From Candidatus Sulfotelmatobacter sp. (GTDB lineage Archaea > Thermoproteota > Bathyarchaeia > Bathyarchaeales > Bathycorpusculaceae), in assembly GCA_035297385.1 (NCBI GenBank), contig DATGZD010000049.1:5808-69807 (forward strand): a DNA stretch of 64,000 nucleotides, given 5' to 3'. Below, piece by piece: positions 39,203 to 48,680 of the stretch. The notes below the pieces were generated by a model. It saw only the letters and a list, made by a program, of their open reading frames with translations. It had not been told where the DNA came from and did not search any database. The translations under genes were made by a program, and so were the position numbers. Each line of letters begins with the position of its first letter. Within the stretch, counting starts at the first letter, position 1.

Positions 39203-39673
39203 CTATTTTTTATGTGCTTTTGCTTCTTCAAGAGTATCACGAATCTTTGGCCAATGTGCACCCTGCCAATAGACTGTCTTGCAGTGTGGACATTCCCAGA
39301 ATTCATCATAATGAAGGTAAGTGTTTTTCTGTACTCGATCAACAATGTGCATTTTTGGAACAGTCTGAATTGCCGTATTACATTTTGGACATCTAGAAGT
39401 CTTCAAATCAATGTCTAACTCAATCCTAAAACGTTCAGAGACTGCTGCTAATCTTTCAGCTTCGGTTTTGCCTTCAACATAGAAAGCATCGATGCCTTTG
39501 GATATTGAACGCTTGTAAAGTTCTAAATCTCTTGTGAGTAGAATACGTTCTTCGTTCTTAGCTATAGCCAAAAGTTTATCATCGTCAAGTCCATGTAAGT
39601 ATTCAACGTCATGTCCCATCATACGAAGCCATCTAACCAATGAACCAAGCATGCCGTCTGCAATGAACTTCAT
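39203..39673 (-). CDS. Mut7-C RNase domain protein (PIN-like N-terminus plus Zn ribbon)
   Basis: MKFIADGMLGSLVRWLRMMGHD... with CPKCN...CPHC. 156 aa. Confidence 0.8.
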   Translation of the reverse strand: MKFIADGMLGSLVRWLRMMGHDVEYLHGLDDDKLLAIAKNEERILLTRDLELYKRSISKGIDAFYVEGKTEAERLAAVSERFRIELDIDLKTSRCPKCNTAIQTVPKMHIVDRVQKNTYLHYDEFWECPHCKTVYWQGAHWPKIRDTLEEAKAHKK

Positions 39674-41016
39674 TATTGGTTTCTCCGAATGATGCTGCCA
39701 CTTCCCGATTTTGCAACGATTTCTCCGTTATCCATAATGATTTGTCCATTCACAATAGTTTTCATGGGTTTGCCTTGAACTTCCCAGTTCTCATAAGGAG
39801 AATATTTTGCCTTCGAATAGAAATGTGAAGCGTTTATTCTAAATGTCTTCTTAAGATCTACTGTCACAAAATCTGCCGACATGTCTTGTTCTAATCTACC
39901 TTTATTGTTTAGTCCAAAAATCTTTGCAGGGCGTTCAGCCAACAATTGAATAAGCAAGTCTAACGTTAAACGATCCTTCTTAATCATGGATAACATTAAA
40001 GGCAGGGTTGTTTCTAACCCAGGAACGCCAGCCTTAACATCCCAAATGCTAGTAGCAAGTTTTTCATCGAGAGTATGGGGTGCATGATCTGAACCCAAGG
40101 TATCAACAGTACCATTTGTAAGTCCTTCCCAGAGGGCTTCGACATTATCATTCTTCCGAAGCGGAGGCATAATTGCAAGTAATGATCCCCGACGTTCAAA
40201 ATCAACATTTGAAAGCAATAGATGATTTGGAGTTACTTCAGCGGTTATTGTTCGTCCCGCTGACTTAGCTTCAGTAATACGATCTAGGGCTGACTTAGTT
40301 GACACATGACAAAAATGTACTTGCGTGTTAGTCCCGTTGCTTGTTTTGAGGATACGTTCAACTGCTCTAACTTCTGCTTCTTCGGAATGAGCTCTAAGAA
40401 AATCAATAGGATCACCATGTTTTGCTACTTTCAGTTCCTGTTCTTTTACAGAAACGATGGCTTCATCCTCAGCGTGAATAGCAACAGGAACATTCACTTC
40501 ACCAACATGTGTTAAAGCCTCGCGAAGTAAGGCATCATTGTTAATTTCTAAACCCCCGATTTGATGTACCATAAAAAGCTTAAACCCTGAAACACCTTCA
40601 TCAACGATGTCCTTAACATCTTCTAAGTTATCTGGAAATTCGGAATAAAATCCAACATTAACCAAGATTTTCCGCCGTGCAATCTGCATTCGATTTCGCA
40701 GACTCTCAACACTCATCGTTACCGGTTCATTATTTGGCATATCTAAGATTGTTGTGAATCCGCCTGCAGCCGCTGCAGCTGTTCCTGTGAAAAAATCTTC
40801 TTTGTAAGCTTTTTCTTCGTCGCGAAGGTGCACATGAGTATCAATTAGTCCTGGCAGAAGAAGAAGGTTTTTGAGGTTAATGTGTTCGTCGGCGTTTGGC
40901 ATCTGTGTTTCGCGGCCAATCTTTAAGATTCTTCCATCTTCTACGGCTATGCTACAATCAACGATTCTTTTTCTTATGTATGCTTTAGCGTTTGTTAAGA
41001 TTAAATCAACAATCAA
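39673..41016 (-). CDS. pyrC: Dihydroorotase/allantoinase-family amidohydrolase
   Basis: LPGLIDTHVHLR metal-binding motif, FKLFM (carboxylated Lys context) and a late GSDHAPH motif. 447 aa. TTG start. Confidence 0.75.
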   Translation of the reverse strand: MIVDLILTNAKAYIRKRIVDCSIAVEDGRILKIGRETQMPNADEHINLKNLLLLPGLIDTHVHLRDEEKAYKEDFFTGTAAAAAGGFTTILDMPNNEPVTMSVESLRNRMQIARRKILVNVGFYSEFPDNLEDVKDIVDEGVSGFKLFMVHQIGGLEINNDALLREALTHVGEVNVPVAIHAEDEAIVSVKEQELKVAKHGDPIDFLRAHSEEAEVRAVERILKTSNGTNTQVHFCHVSTKSALDRITEAKSAGRTITAEVTPNHLLLSNVDFERRGSLLAIMPPLRKNDNVEALWEGLTNGTVDTLGSDHAPHTLDEKLATSIWDVKAGVPGLETTLPLMLSMIKKDRLTLDLLIQLLAERPAKIFGLNNKGRLEQDMSADFVTVDLKKTFRINASHFYSKAKYSPYENWEVQGKPMKTIVNGQIIMDNGEIVAKSGSGSIIRRNQ

Positions 41017-41116
41017 AGTTTGTGCGCTCTAACAAGAATAGAGTATTTATGCTATTAAATTTGTGATTAAAATCTAAGGTGGTATCTTGATGCTCAAACA
41101 GAGAGTCAGATTAAAT

Positions 41117-41716
41117 TTATTTTTCAGCTTCTTCAGCGCGGCAATCTTCACATAAGTATTTTCCACCGATATTCTTGAGATTTTCCGAGTAGGCTTCGCA
41201 ACGTTCACAATCGCCTGCGAATGGAGCTTCTTCTAATTCTTCAGTTGGCTCTAGGACGCTGCCACCTTCGATGCGGCTTCGTTCTTGGATTATTTCGAGC
41301 AGTTCTGGCATCACACCTAAGATATCCTTGCTTGAGACTATGCCTGCAAGTTTGCCTTTGTAAAGAACTCCAAGGCGTCTAATGTCCTTACGATTCATCA
41401 TTCGTGCTGCATCTGTAACGGCAGTATCCGGGTCTACGGTAGTGAGAGGCGCAGTCATTATGCTTTTAGCTTTCGCATTGGATGCTTCAATCTTTTTTGC
41501 TAATACTCTGACTATAAGGTCTCTTTCAGTAATTATACCGATAGGGTTTCCCTCTTTATCCACAACTATAACACAGCCGACTTTGTTGTCTAACATTAGA
41601 CAAGCAACTTCGTTAGCTGAAGCTGTTTGCTCAACAGTAATAACTGGACTGATCATGACATCTTTGACGAGCATTCTTGGTCTTATTCCAATATCAGACA
41701 TTGAACAACAACTCAC
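41117..41716 (-). CDS. CBS-pair domain protein with a C-terminal Zn ribbon
   Basis: Two CBS repeats (VMISPVITVE..., GIITERDLI, IMTAPLTTVD, GIVSSKDIL) and a CERC...CEDC tail. Confidence 0.85.
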   Translation of the reverse strand: MSCCSMSDIGIRPRMLVKDVMISPVITVEQTASANEVACLMLDNKVGCVIVVDKEGNPIGIITERDLIVRVLAKKIEASNAKAKSIMTAPLTTVDPDTAVTDAARMMNRKDIRRLGVLYKGKLAGIVSSKDILGVMPELLEIIQERSRIEGGSVLEPTEELEEAPFAGDCERCEAYSENLKNIGGKYLCEDCRAEEAEK

Positions 41717-41869
41717 GACATCTTTCTAACTCTACGAGTTTCCAAACTCACAAACATTATTCGCTAATTTAAAAGTTGCTTAAGATGCACTAAACAATCT
41801 CCTTTATCTCGAATGACTGTGACTCTCAAATCTTATTAGCACCTAATACGAACAGCTTAACACGAGGCT

Positions 41870-42769
41870 TTGAGATTAATGATAAGAACAAATGCAGATA
41901 GACTCGTTAAGATATCAGTCACTGGTGAAGTGGCCAGTCCTGTTGTTGGCAGATCAGTTTATAATGTTTCAGCTGTAGGGTTGCCCTCAATTTTGCCAGG
42001 AGTAGGTGGAATTACTTACAACATTCGTGTTGGTGATTTAGCTTGTGGTTGGGAAGCTGACCACGTGGAACCAGCAGTTAGCATAGAGAATAAAGAGAGT
42101 GATGCTAGATACGGACAGGGCGCAAATTTAGCATTTAATATACTGTCTTGTGTCGGAAACGAGGCAATTGTAGCAAGCGGTGATGCTAAAGGAGCTAAAG
42201 GCGTTATTACTGGAAAACATGGTGGTATTGAGCATGTTTTAGTTGATTTTAAGCCTGAAATTATGGAAAAGCTCATGTTAGGTGATAAAGTTCTTGTGAA
42301 AGCGTTTGGTGTTGGCTTGAGACTATTGGATTATCCTGACGTAAAAATCATGAATATTGATCCGCAATTCTTCGAAACATTAAAAATTGAAGTTAAGAAT
42401 GAAAAACTAGAGATTCCAGTTACGCATACTATTCCGGCTGCCATAATGGGTTCAGGTTTAGGCAGCAATCAAACGTTTTCAGGAGACTATGATATTCAAA
42501 TGTTTGATGACAAAATAATTGAGCAGTATGGATTAGAAGATTTACGATTGGGTGATTTGGTTGCCATAATTGATGCTGACCATTCTTTTGGCAGAATATA
42601 CAGACAAGGCGCAATAACTATCGGTATTGTTGTACATACGAACTGTGTTACTGCCGGACATGGACCAGGCGTTACAACCCTGTTCACATCATCGATGGGA
42701 AAAATCATACCACAGATAAATGGAAAAGCTAACATTGCAAAACTATTGAAGTTAAGAACAGATATATAA
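41870..42769 (+). CDS. DUF4438-like protein
   Basis: 299 aa. The overall pattern, including CVTAGHGPGVTTL near the C-terminus, matches my recollection of DUF4438. Start is TTG at 41870 or ATG at 41879. Confidence 0.5.
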   Translation: MRLMIRTNADRLVKISVTGEVASPVVGRSVYNVSAVGLPSILPGVGGITYNIRVGDLACGWEADHVEPAVSIENKESDARYGQGANLAFNILSCVGNEAIVASGDAKGAKGVITGKHGGIEHVLVDFKPEIMEKLMLGDKVLVKAFGVGLRLLDYPDVKIMNIDPQFFETLKIEVKNEKLEIPVTHTIPAAIMGSGLGSNQTFSGDYDIQMFDDKIIEQYGLEDLRLGDLVAIIDADHSFGRIYRQGAITIGIVVHTNCVTAGHGPGVTTLFTSSMGKIIPQINGKANIAKLLKLRTDI

Positions 42770-42815
42770 GAAACGAATTAACTAAATTTGACTAAAAGCA
42801 TAGAGGTCATGATTA

Positions 42816-43106
42816 TTGCCATTTAAACGTAAAAGTCGAGGACGAAGCAAAGGCGGCAAAGGTAGCAGTACCCTTGTACAATGCGCAAACTGTGGAGCAC
42901 AAGTGCCACGAGATAAGGCTAAGCGGTCTACTCGTCGTGTATCTTTCGTTGAGCCGCAATTAGCGAAAGAGTTGCGACAGAAAGGCACATACTTGTCGTC
43001 ATGGGTAGACACAAAATATTATTGCATCTCATGTGCTGTTCATCGTGGTATAGTCAAAGTTCGCTCAGAGAGTGAACGACATAAACGGTATCCTCGAAGA
43101 CGCTGA
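42816..43106 (+). CDS. rps26e: Ribosomal protein S26e
   Basis: MPFKRKSRGRSKGGKG...CANCG...YCISCAVH. TTG start. Confidence 0.9.
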   Translation: MPFKRKSRGRSKGGKGSSTLVQCANCGAQVPRDKAKRSTRRVSFVEPQLAKELRQKGTYLSSWVDTKYYCISCAVHRGIVKVRSESERHKRYPRRR

Positions 43107-43114
43107 GCTCTAGT

Positions 43115-43723
43115 TTAAGGATTAATTTCTTTTTTCTTCAATCGTCGATAGACATATAGAACTCTTTGTAGAACAGTAAAATTAGCCAACAACGCTAATA
43201 TGATGATACTCCAGCTCATTGCAGGTATCCAAAAGAAGGCGATTATACTTGCGATAGCTAAGATTAGCATACGTTCGGCTCGTTCAGCTAAGCCTATTGA
43301 TTCCATCTTAATTCCTGCTGCTTCAGCTCTAGCTCGTGCATAACTGACCAGGAGGGAGCCTGCTAATGCAGCTAAACCCCAAGTAATATTGCATAATTCG
43401 CCTATGATTATTCCTGAGTAGACTATGGCATCAGCATATCTGTCCAAGAGTGAGTCAAAGAATCCACCAAACACAGTTGTTTGCTGGTAGGTTCGCGCTA
43501 CAATACCATCTAACGTATCGCAAAAGCCTGAAGCTAAGAGGAATAGGACCGCAGCTAAAAGGAGTAGAGGTTGATTTTGTACAAAAGCATAAGCGACAGA
43601 TGCTAAAATAGATAGTATAAAGCCAATTATACTTATCATGTTTGGGGTGAATCCTAAGCGGTGTACAACTTTTGCTTCTGAAGTGAGAGCGGACTGCACT
43701 TGTTTTTTCAGTTTAGTCAACAT
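43115..43723 (-). CDS. CDP-alcohol phosphatidyltransferase (archaeal polar-lipid head-group synthase)
   Basis: DTLDGIVAR...GGFFDSLLDRYAD matches D-x2-DG-x2-AR...G-x3-D-x3-D. Multiple TM helices. Confidence 0.85.
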   Translation of the reverse strand: MLTKLKKQVQSALTSEAKVVHRLGFTPNMISIIGFILSILASVAYAFVQNQPLLLLAAVLFLLASGFCDTLDGIVARTYQQTTVFGGFFDSLLDRYADAIVYSGIIIGELCNITWGLAALAGSLLVSYARARAEAAGIKMESIGLAERAERMLILAIASIIAFFWIPAMSWSIIILALLANFTVLQRVLYVYRRLKKKEINP

Positions 43724-43858
43724 AGATTTGGTTCGTCCCTCTCGTATGCTAATGTTCAGTATTTAAAACGCGCTGTAAAGTGCAATTATTCTTCAGAAGC
43801 TATAGGTTATGTTTGTTCCATTATAACTTATAAGGAAGACCTAAGTAAGTAGTGGGCG

Positions 43859-43902
43859 GTAACGTTTCAGCGGCAGACGATATGCCCAAGCTGAAACGTT
43901 AC
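43859..43902 (+). promoter_or_regulatory. Perfect 13-bp stem hairpin in the alba leader
   Basis: GTAACGTTTCAGC (43859-43871) pairs with GCTGAAACGTTAC (43890-43902). The 18-nt loop can itself form GGCA/TGCC. It ends 23 nt before the alba ATG, just upstream of GGAGG. Confidence 0.6.
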
Positions 43903-43925
43903 ACACAAAATACGGAGGAAAAGAA

Positions 43926-44216
43926 ATGTCTGAAAACGCTGATGTAATCTTCGTCGGAAACAAACCACCAATGAGCTATGTGTTGGCAATCATTACAAGT
44001 CTCTCCTCAGGCAAAACAAATGAAATCACATTAAAAGCCCGAGGTCAAGCAATAACCACAGCAGTTGATGTAGCTGAAATTGCCCGGAATCGTTTCATTA
44101 AGGATTTGCAGGTCGGGAAGATCACTATTGGGACAGCAGAGATGCCACCACGTGAAGGCGAGAACAAGAGCCGCATGGTTTCCACGATGGAGATAACACT
44201 GACCAAGAAAGCCTAA
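43926..44216 (+). CDS. albA: DNA/RNA-binding protein Alba
   Basis: 96 aa. VIFVGNKPPMSYVLAIITSL...ITLKARGQAITTAVDVAEI. Confidence 0.95.
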   Translation: MSENADVIFVGNKPPMSYVLAIITSLSSGKTNEITLKARGQAITTAVDVAEIARNRFIKDLQVGKITIGTAEMPPREGENKSRMVSTMEITLTKKA

Positions 44217-44260
44217 GCAAGAATGCCAAGCAATGTGGAACAGTGAAGTATCCATTAATC

Positions 44261-44274
44261 TTCTTTTATTTTTT
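44261..44274 (+). terminator. T-rich terminator signal after alba
   Basis: TTCTTTTATTTTTT lies about 45 nt after the alba TAA in a convergent gap. Confidence 0.4.
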
Positions 44275-44395
44275 GATGATGACTATTGTATGATTTCGAG
44301 CTTGAATTCATTTAATTAATAAGTTAAATAGAAAAAAGATTGGTTTACTATAGAATCAACAATTCTTCAACTATATATGTGATGTTAATCTTATC

Positions 44396-45604
44396 TTAAG
44401 CCCAGAAACTCTTTGAATACTCCTTTAATACACCATCATAAACACGTGTAGTCTGTTGCGCAATTTTCTCCCAGTCAAACTGTTCTTGAACGCGATTGTA
44501 TGCGTTCTTGCGCAACCTATTTCTGTAGTTATCATCAGTCAAGATTCGTGTAATGCCCCAAGCTAAAGAGTCAACGCTGTTTGGGTACACTTTTACACCG
44601 GTGATGTCATGCTCCACAATTTCACCTAGTCCACCTGTATCTGAGACAACAACAGGACTCATCGCTGCCATAGCCTCTAAAGCTACTATTCCGAACGGCT
44701 CAAACAATGAGGGTACGACCGATACGTCAGCGCAGCACTGAAGTTTCAATAATGTTTCCTCGTCTACGAATCCTGTGAACAGAACCTTATGCTCCAGACC
44801 CATGCTCCGAACGATGGTTAACAGTTGATCTCGCATGTAGCCGCTGCCTACGATAACAAACTTTGCGTTAACCTTACTTAGAACCTGAGGAATAGCGTTA
44901 ATCAACACGTGGGCACCTTTCTCGTAGACTAATCGACCAACAAACAATACTAGTTTTTCCTCGGGTAGCGCAAATGCTGTCTTGAACCTCTCCAAATCCT
45001 GATTTCTAACTTTATCATAGACTCCAACATTAACACCATTAGGTACCATAACTAATTTGTCAGTAGGCAATCCAAAAGCCCATTTTACGTGTGAAACCAT
45101 ATACTCACTACAGCAGATTACTTTCCATGCTTCATATGTTAGCCATGCTTCAGTTTCGCTGATCATTTTCTCAGTACTCGTATGAATGCCATCCCGACGA
45201 CCAATTTCAGTTGAGTGCATTGTTACCAGCAAAGGTTTACGAAAAACATGTTTTAGACCAATTCCAGCAGTTGCAACCAACCAATCGTGAGCATGAAAAA
45301 CGTCAATTTTCTGGTTTAGTTTACCGATGATTGCAGCAGCTTCACGTTGCATGTTCAAATTCATTAAATAGACCCATGTCGCAAAATCAGGAGAAGGGTT
45401 CTTGTATGAATCGATCCTGTAGACTTCAACGCCATCTAAAGATTCATGTGTGGCAGCGCCAGGAAAATCGCAGGTTACAACATGGACTTTCACGCCATTT
45501 TTGGCTAAACTTTTTGAAAGATAAAAAACATGGGGAGAGATTCCTCCGATAACTCTGGGTGGAAACTCCCAAGTCAAGAACATAACATTTAACTCACGTT
45601 TCAA
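44396..45604 (-). CDS. GT4-family glycosyltransferase (glycogen/alpha-glucan synthase-like)
   Basis: 402 aa. LTWEFPPRVIGGISPHV N-terminus, and a C-domain with PSLFEPFGIVALEAMA (E-x7-E region). Clustered with GH57. Confidence 0.8.
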   Translation of the reverse strand: MKRELNVMFLTWEFPPRVIGGISPHVFYLSKSLAKNGVKVHVVTCDFPGAATHESLDGVEVYRIDSYKNPSPDFATWVYLMNLNMQREAAAIIGKLNQKIDVFHAHDWLVATAGIGLKHVFRKPLLVTMHSTEIGRRDGIHTSTEKMISETEAWLTYEAWKVICCSEYMVSHVKWAFGLPTDKLVMVPNGVNVGVYDKVRNQDLERFKTAFALPEEKLVLFVGRLVYEKGAHVLINAIPQVLSKVNAKFVIVGSGYMRDQLLTIVRSMGLEHKVLFTGFVDEETLLKLQCCADVSVVPSLFEPFGIVALEAMAAMSPVVVSDTGGLGEIVEHDITGVKVYPNSVDSLAWGITRILTDDNYRNRLRKNAYNRVQEQFDWEKIAQQTTRVYDGVLKEYSKSFWA

Positions 45605-46233
45605 GGCTCATCGAGGCCTCCAGATACTGCTTGGTAAACTTTTAAGATATCCTGCAACCATGTGCTTGATGATGCTGGAATTACGCTTACCTTGTACTTT
45701 GGAACCTTGTAAAGTCTGGTGATTTCGTCACGCATCCAATCTGATTTGACTGTAATTTTAGCCGCTTCATAGAAGCCTAACCATTCAATACTCTTAATTG
45801 CCATATTAAATGGTGAATTTGCGCCGTGTGATCGATGATCCTCTAAACTATCAACAGAATAGACAAATGGAATTGCTAAGCCATTCTTTAGTGTAACAGC
45901 AGCGGGGACAAAATGCCAATCAAAAACATTGATAACATCGATCTCTTTTCCAGCTTGATAATATATGTTTGATGCAGCGCGTTCTACTTCCTGATTTAAC
46001 GTTAGAACCCATGTTAAAACACCAATATGAGTACGAACAGGGTTTGCAACTCTAAAGATTCTCACTCCATTTGGTTCCTCAGACATACCAGTCAAATAGG
46101 GATGATAAGTAACCAAATAAGTCTCAACATTACTCTTCACTAATTGTGAAGATAAGTTGCTAGTATATTCAGCGAGTTGACCAATAATCCTTGGCGGATA
46201 CTCCCACGTCAAGATAATAACTCGCAAAATCAA
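45601..46233 (-). CDS. Stand-alone paralogue of the GT4 N-terminal (acceptor) domain only
   Basis: 210 aa. LTWEYPPRIIGQLAEY parallels LTWEFPPRVIGGISPH of the neighbouring enzyme. There is no donor-binding C-domain. It overlaps the downstream GT4 gene by 4 nt. TTG start. Confidence 0.6.
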   Translation of the reverse strand: MILRVIILTWEYPPRIIGQLAEYTSNLSSQLVKSNVETYLVTYHPYLTGMSEEPNGVRIFRVANPVRTHIGVLTWVLTLNQEVERAASNIYYQAGKEIDVINVFDWHFVPAAVTLKNGLAIPFVYSVDSLEDHRSHGANSPFNMAIKSIEWLGFYEAAKITVKSDWMRDEITRLYKVPKYKVSVIPASSSTWLQDILKVYQAVSGGLDEP

Positions 46234-46236
46234 TCA

Positions 46237-46488
46237 CTACGTAAATAGCGAGCAGACTTTTATTATTCCTCTACCTGTGACGTAGTAACGTTTTTTCCCC
46301 TCGCTATCGTAGAACGTCTCCACGAAGCCTTCGGCTTTGTACCTATCAAGAATGTTTTCGATCTCACCTTGATCATGCTGCAAGATGCGTGCGACCTCAT
46401 CACTTCGCCTTGCTAAATCTGCAGCAGTAGCACATAGATTATGCAGGGTTTGCAGTATTCTCTCAGGAAACGGCAATTCTTCTCTCAT
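46237..46488 (-). CDS. Small winged-helix-like protein
   Basis: 83 aa. ILQTLHNLCATAADLARRSDEVARILQ...RYYVTGRG resembles a wHTH. It stops 3 nt before the next gene start. Confidence 0.4.
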   Translation of the reverse strand: MREELPFPERILQTLHNLCATAADLARRSDEVARILQHDQGEIENILDRYKAEGFVETFYDSEGKKRYYVTGRGIIKVCSLFT

Positions 46489-46551
46489 AGCTCCACGTCC
46501 TTAGGCTGAATAATACTTTTTTTCTCTTATAAACGCATTCGAACAGGTTTA

Positions 46552-48099
46552 TTAGAAAAGATGAGTGGCTTTTTGAGTCTGACTACTCAACTTATCAAAT
46601 CTCTTAACTGCAGCATCTACGAGACTTTTTCTAAGGTCTTCACCCCCTAATTCTGTTGCTCTCACATTCGCAAAGGCACGGGATAAAACACTATCCTGTA
46701 AAGAATATTCTGCCCAAGGCTCAAAATCCCCTCGCTTATTGTGGAACTCTAATGATTTTACATCCACAGTCTGTAGTGCTCTAACAAATCCCTTAAGACT
46801 CCACGATATGACTCCTGTAAAGTATTCTTTTCCCTCAGCCAGGTTGAAAAGAAAAGGCTCATTAGCAGTTAACGTTATCAAGCGTGCTCTTGTCTCAAAA
46901 TCCAACAATAAAGTGTGTGCCACAGCAAAAGCATCCATAGCGGATTCGTAAGGACTGAAATAACTATGTACTTCACCAGGTCCACCGCCAGCAGTAAACA
47001 TATAGTATAAATGATCGCTTGTCTGGAAGTATCGCCATAATTTGAGAAATTCATCATCGTTCGCTTCGTGAATAATTGGCTCTAATCTCCGTAAGCTTGT
47101 GTAATATGCCCATTGCATGGTATTGCCTAGCCAGCCACTTGAATCGCGTTCGATATCTGCCCATGAAATAGTACCACCTTTTTCTGGTACGTCAATTTCA
47201 GCTATAGAAGCGTGTCTTTCTATGACTTCTATTGGTGTTGCCATCTGTAGGTTTCCCCATTTCAGAATTTCGTCAGGTAAATGCTTAAGAAAATCATGAA
47301 TACCCGTTTCTGGCCAATGATGTTCACCGAACGTTTCATAATCAGGGAAGATGTTAATGCATTGTCCTTCAGTGCCTGCTAACCATTTTGCATATTTTTC
47401 AGCCGTTAAAGGCCATTCATTCCACCAGCGTGCACTGAATCGGAAGCCTACATCGTCTGTTAATTTGTAGTTTCTAAGTAGGACTCTAATCCTGTGTGTT
47501 CCCTTTGCTGTGTAAAGGTAGTTTGGTGATTTTCCATGTAGAATTCTCTCAACGCCTTCTGTGAAAATGCCCTTGTAACCAAGGTTCTCGACAATTCGGG
47601 CAATGGCATTATTGTATAGAAGTTCGGTATTCTCAAAGACTTTCGGTTCATAGTTAAGTAGACTCTTGATTTTTTCACGGTGTTGCTCTACCTGTGCTAC
47701 AAATTCGTTTTTTTCTGGGTAGAGGCTTGCAATCGAATGATAATAAGTCTGATCCAAAAATTCAACTTTGCCAGTTGCTGCGAGTTGCTTAAAACTTTCA
47801 AGAAGATCTTTTTGGAACATTTCACATTGCTCTAAGAAAACACCTGATACACTGAAAGAAACTTTTACTGGTCTCCGTTCTGTCTTGTGTGAATCTATGA
47901 GGTCAAGTAGGATCTGATTTGATGGAAAGTAACATTTTGTTGCTGCTCTTTTGAAAATTTCTCTATCTGCTTCATTGTCGAAGTAATAATTGAATAATTC
48001 TTCTTTTTTAAGACGCTTAAAAACTCTGTTTTCCCAAAATACCTTACGTCTTAGCCTATGTGGCTGGTGGACTTCAAAAATGAGAACGATATCAGTCAA
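46552..48099 (-). CDS. Glycoside hydrolase family 57 enzyme (alpha-amylase / glucanotransferase / branching-type)
   Basis: 515 aa. IFEVHQPHRL N-terminus and DYETFGEHHWPE catalytic-region pattern. TTG start. Confidence 0.85.
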   Translation of the reverse strand: MTDIVLIFEVHQPHRLRRKVFWENRVFKRLKKEELFNYYFDNEADREIFKRAATKCYFPSNQILLDLIDSHKTERRPVKVSFSVSGVFLEQCEMFQKDLLESFKQLAATGKVEFLDQTYYHSIASLYPEKNEFVAQVEQHREKIKSLLNYEPKVFENTELLYNNAIARIVENLGYKGIFTEGVERILHGKSPNYLYTAKGTHRIRVLLRNYKLTDDVGFRFSARWWNEWPLTAEKYAKWLAGTEGQCINIFPDYETFGEHHWPETGIHDFLKHLPDEILKWGNLQMATPIEVIERHASIAEIDVPEKGGTISWADIERDSSGWLGNTMQWAYYTSLRRLEPIIHEANDDEFLKLWRYFQTSDHLYYMFTAGGGPGEVHSYFSPYESAMDAFAVAHTLLLDFETRARLITLTANEPFLFNLAEGKEYFTGVISWSLKGFVRALQTVDVKSLEFHNKRGDFEPWAEYSLQDSVLSRAFANVRATELGGEDLRKSLVDAAVKRFDKLSSQTQKATHLF

Positions 48100-48222
48100 T
48101 AGTCTAATCTCTCCTTAAACGCCAACATATCTTCTTCCACGTTTATTTGCTTTATTTACTGTATTCTTTGTTCTTGATATAGACTAAAATGGAAAACAAA
48201 AAAGGGAAAGCTGTGATTTATT

Positions 48223-48540
48223 TTAAGGCGGGGATCTGAGTAGTCTAGATATAAGTCCAAGGATTGCGCCTATCACAACTAGTATACCGCCCAGTCCTCC
48301 TGCAATTATGCCAAGAACTAGCAGAATTATTGCCCATACTATGGAAGAAACGTAGCGTGAGCCAATTATGCAGATTATACCAAGAATAATTGTTAGTATT
48401 GCAAATGCAACTCCGCTGAGGAAACCTATTGGTGAAAAGACTAAGAAAGCTGAGCCGAGTAGTCCTAGTAATCCAAAGATGACAATTATTATTCCACCTA
48501 TTAATGCTAAAATGTACCCGACATATGCTAAAGTAGCCAT
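48223..48540 (-). CDS. Small integral membrane protein
   Basis: 105 aa, almost entirely Gly/Ile/Leu-rich TM helices. Confidence 0.55.
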   Translation of the reverse strand: MATLAYVGYILALIGGIIIVIFGLLGLLGSAFLVFSPIGFLSGVAFAILTIILGIICIIGSRYVSSIVWAIILLVLGIIAGGLGGILVVIGAILGLISRLLRSPP

Positions 48541-48680
48541 TTTCTACTCACCTCCTAACGATTCAAAATAAAATAGTGTCTTGCGTATACAGCTTTTAAG
48601 CTTTGTGACTGCTGTATGCCAACAATCTTCAATTACATGATAAACTGTGTGAGCAGGTTATGTCTGTTCCTTTTAGAAGG

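Noticed and set aside
44271-44330. TGATGATGA downstream of alba as a C box
   Set aside because: No CTGA D box follows within 80 nt. The site sits in a T-rich terminator region.
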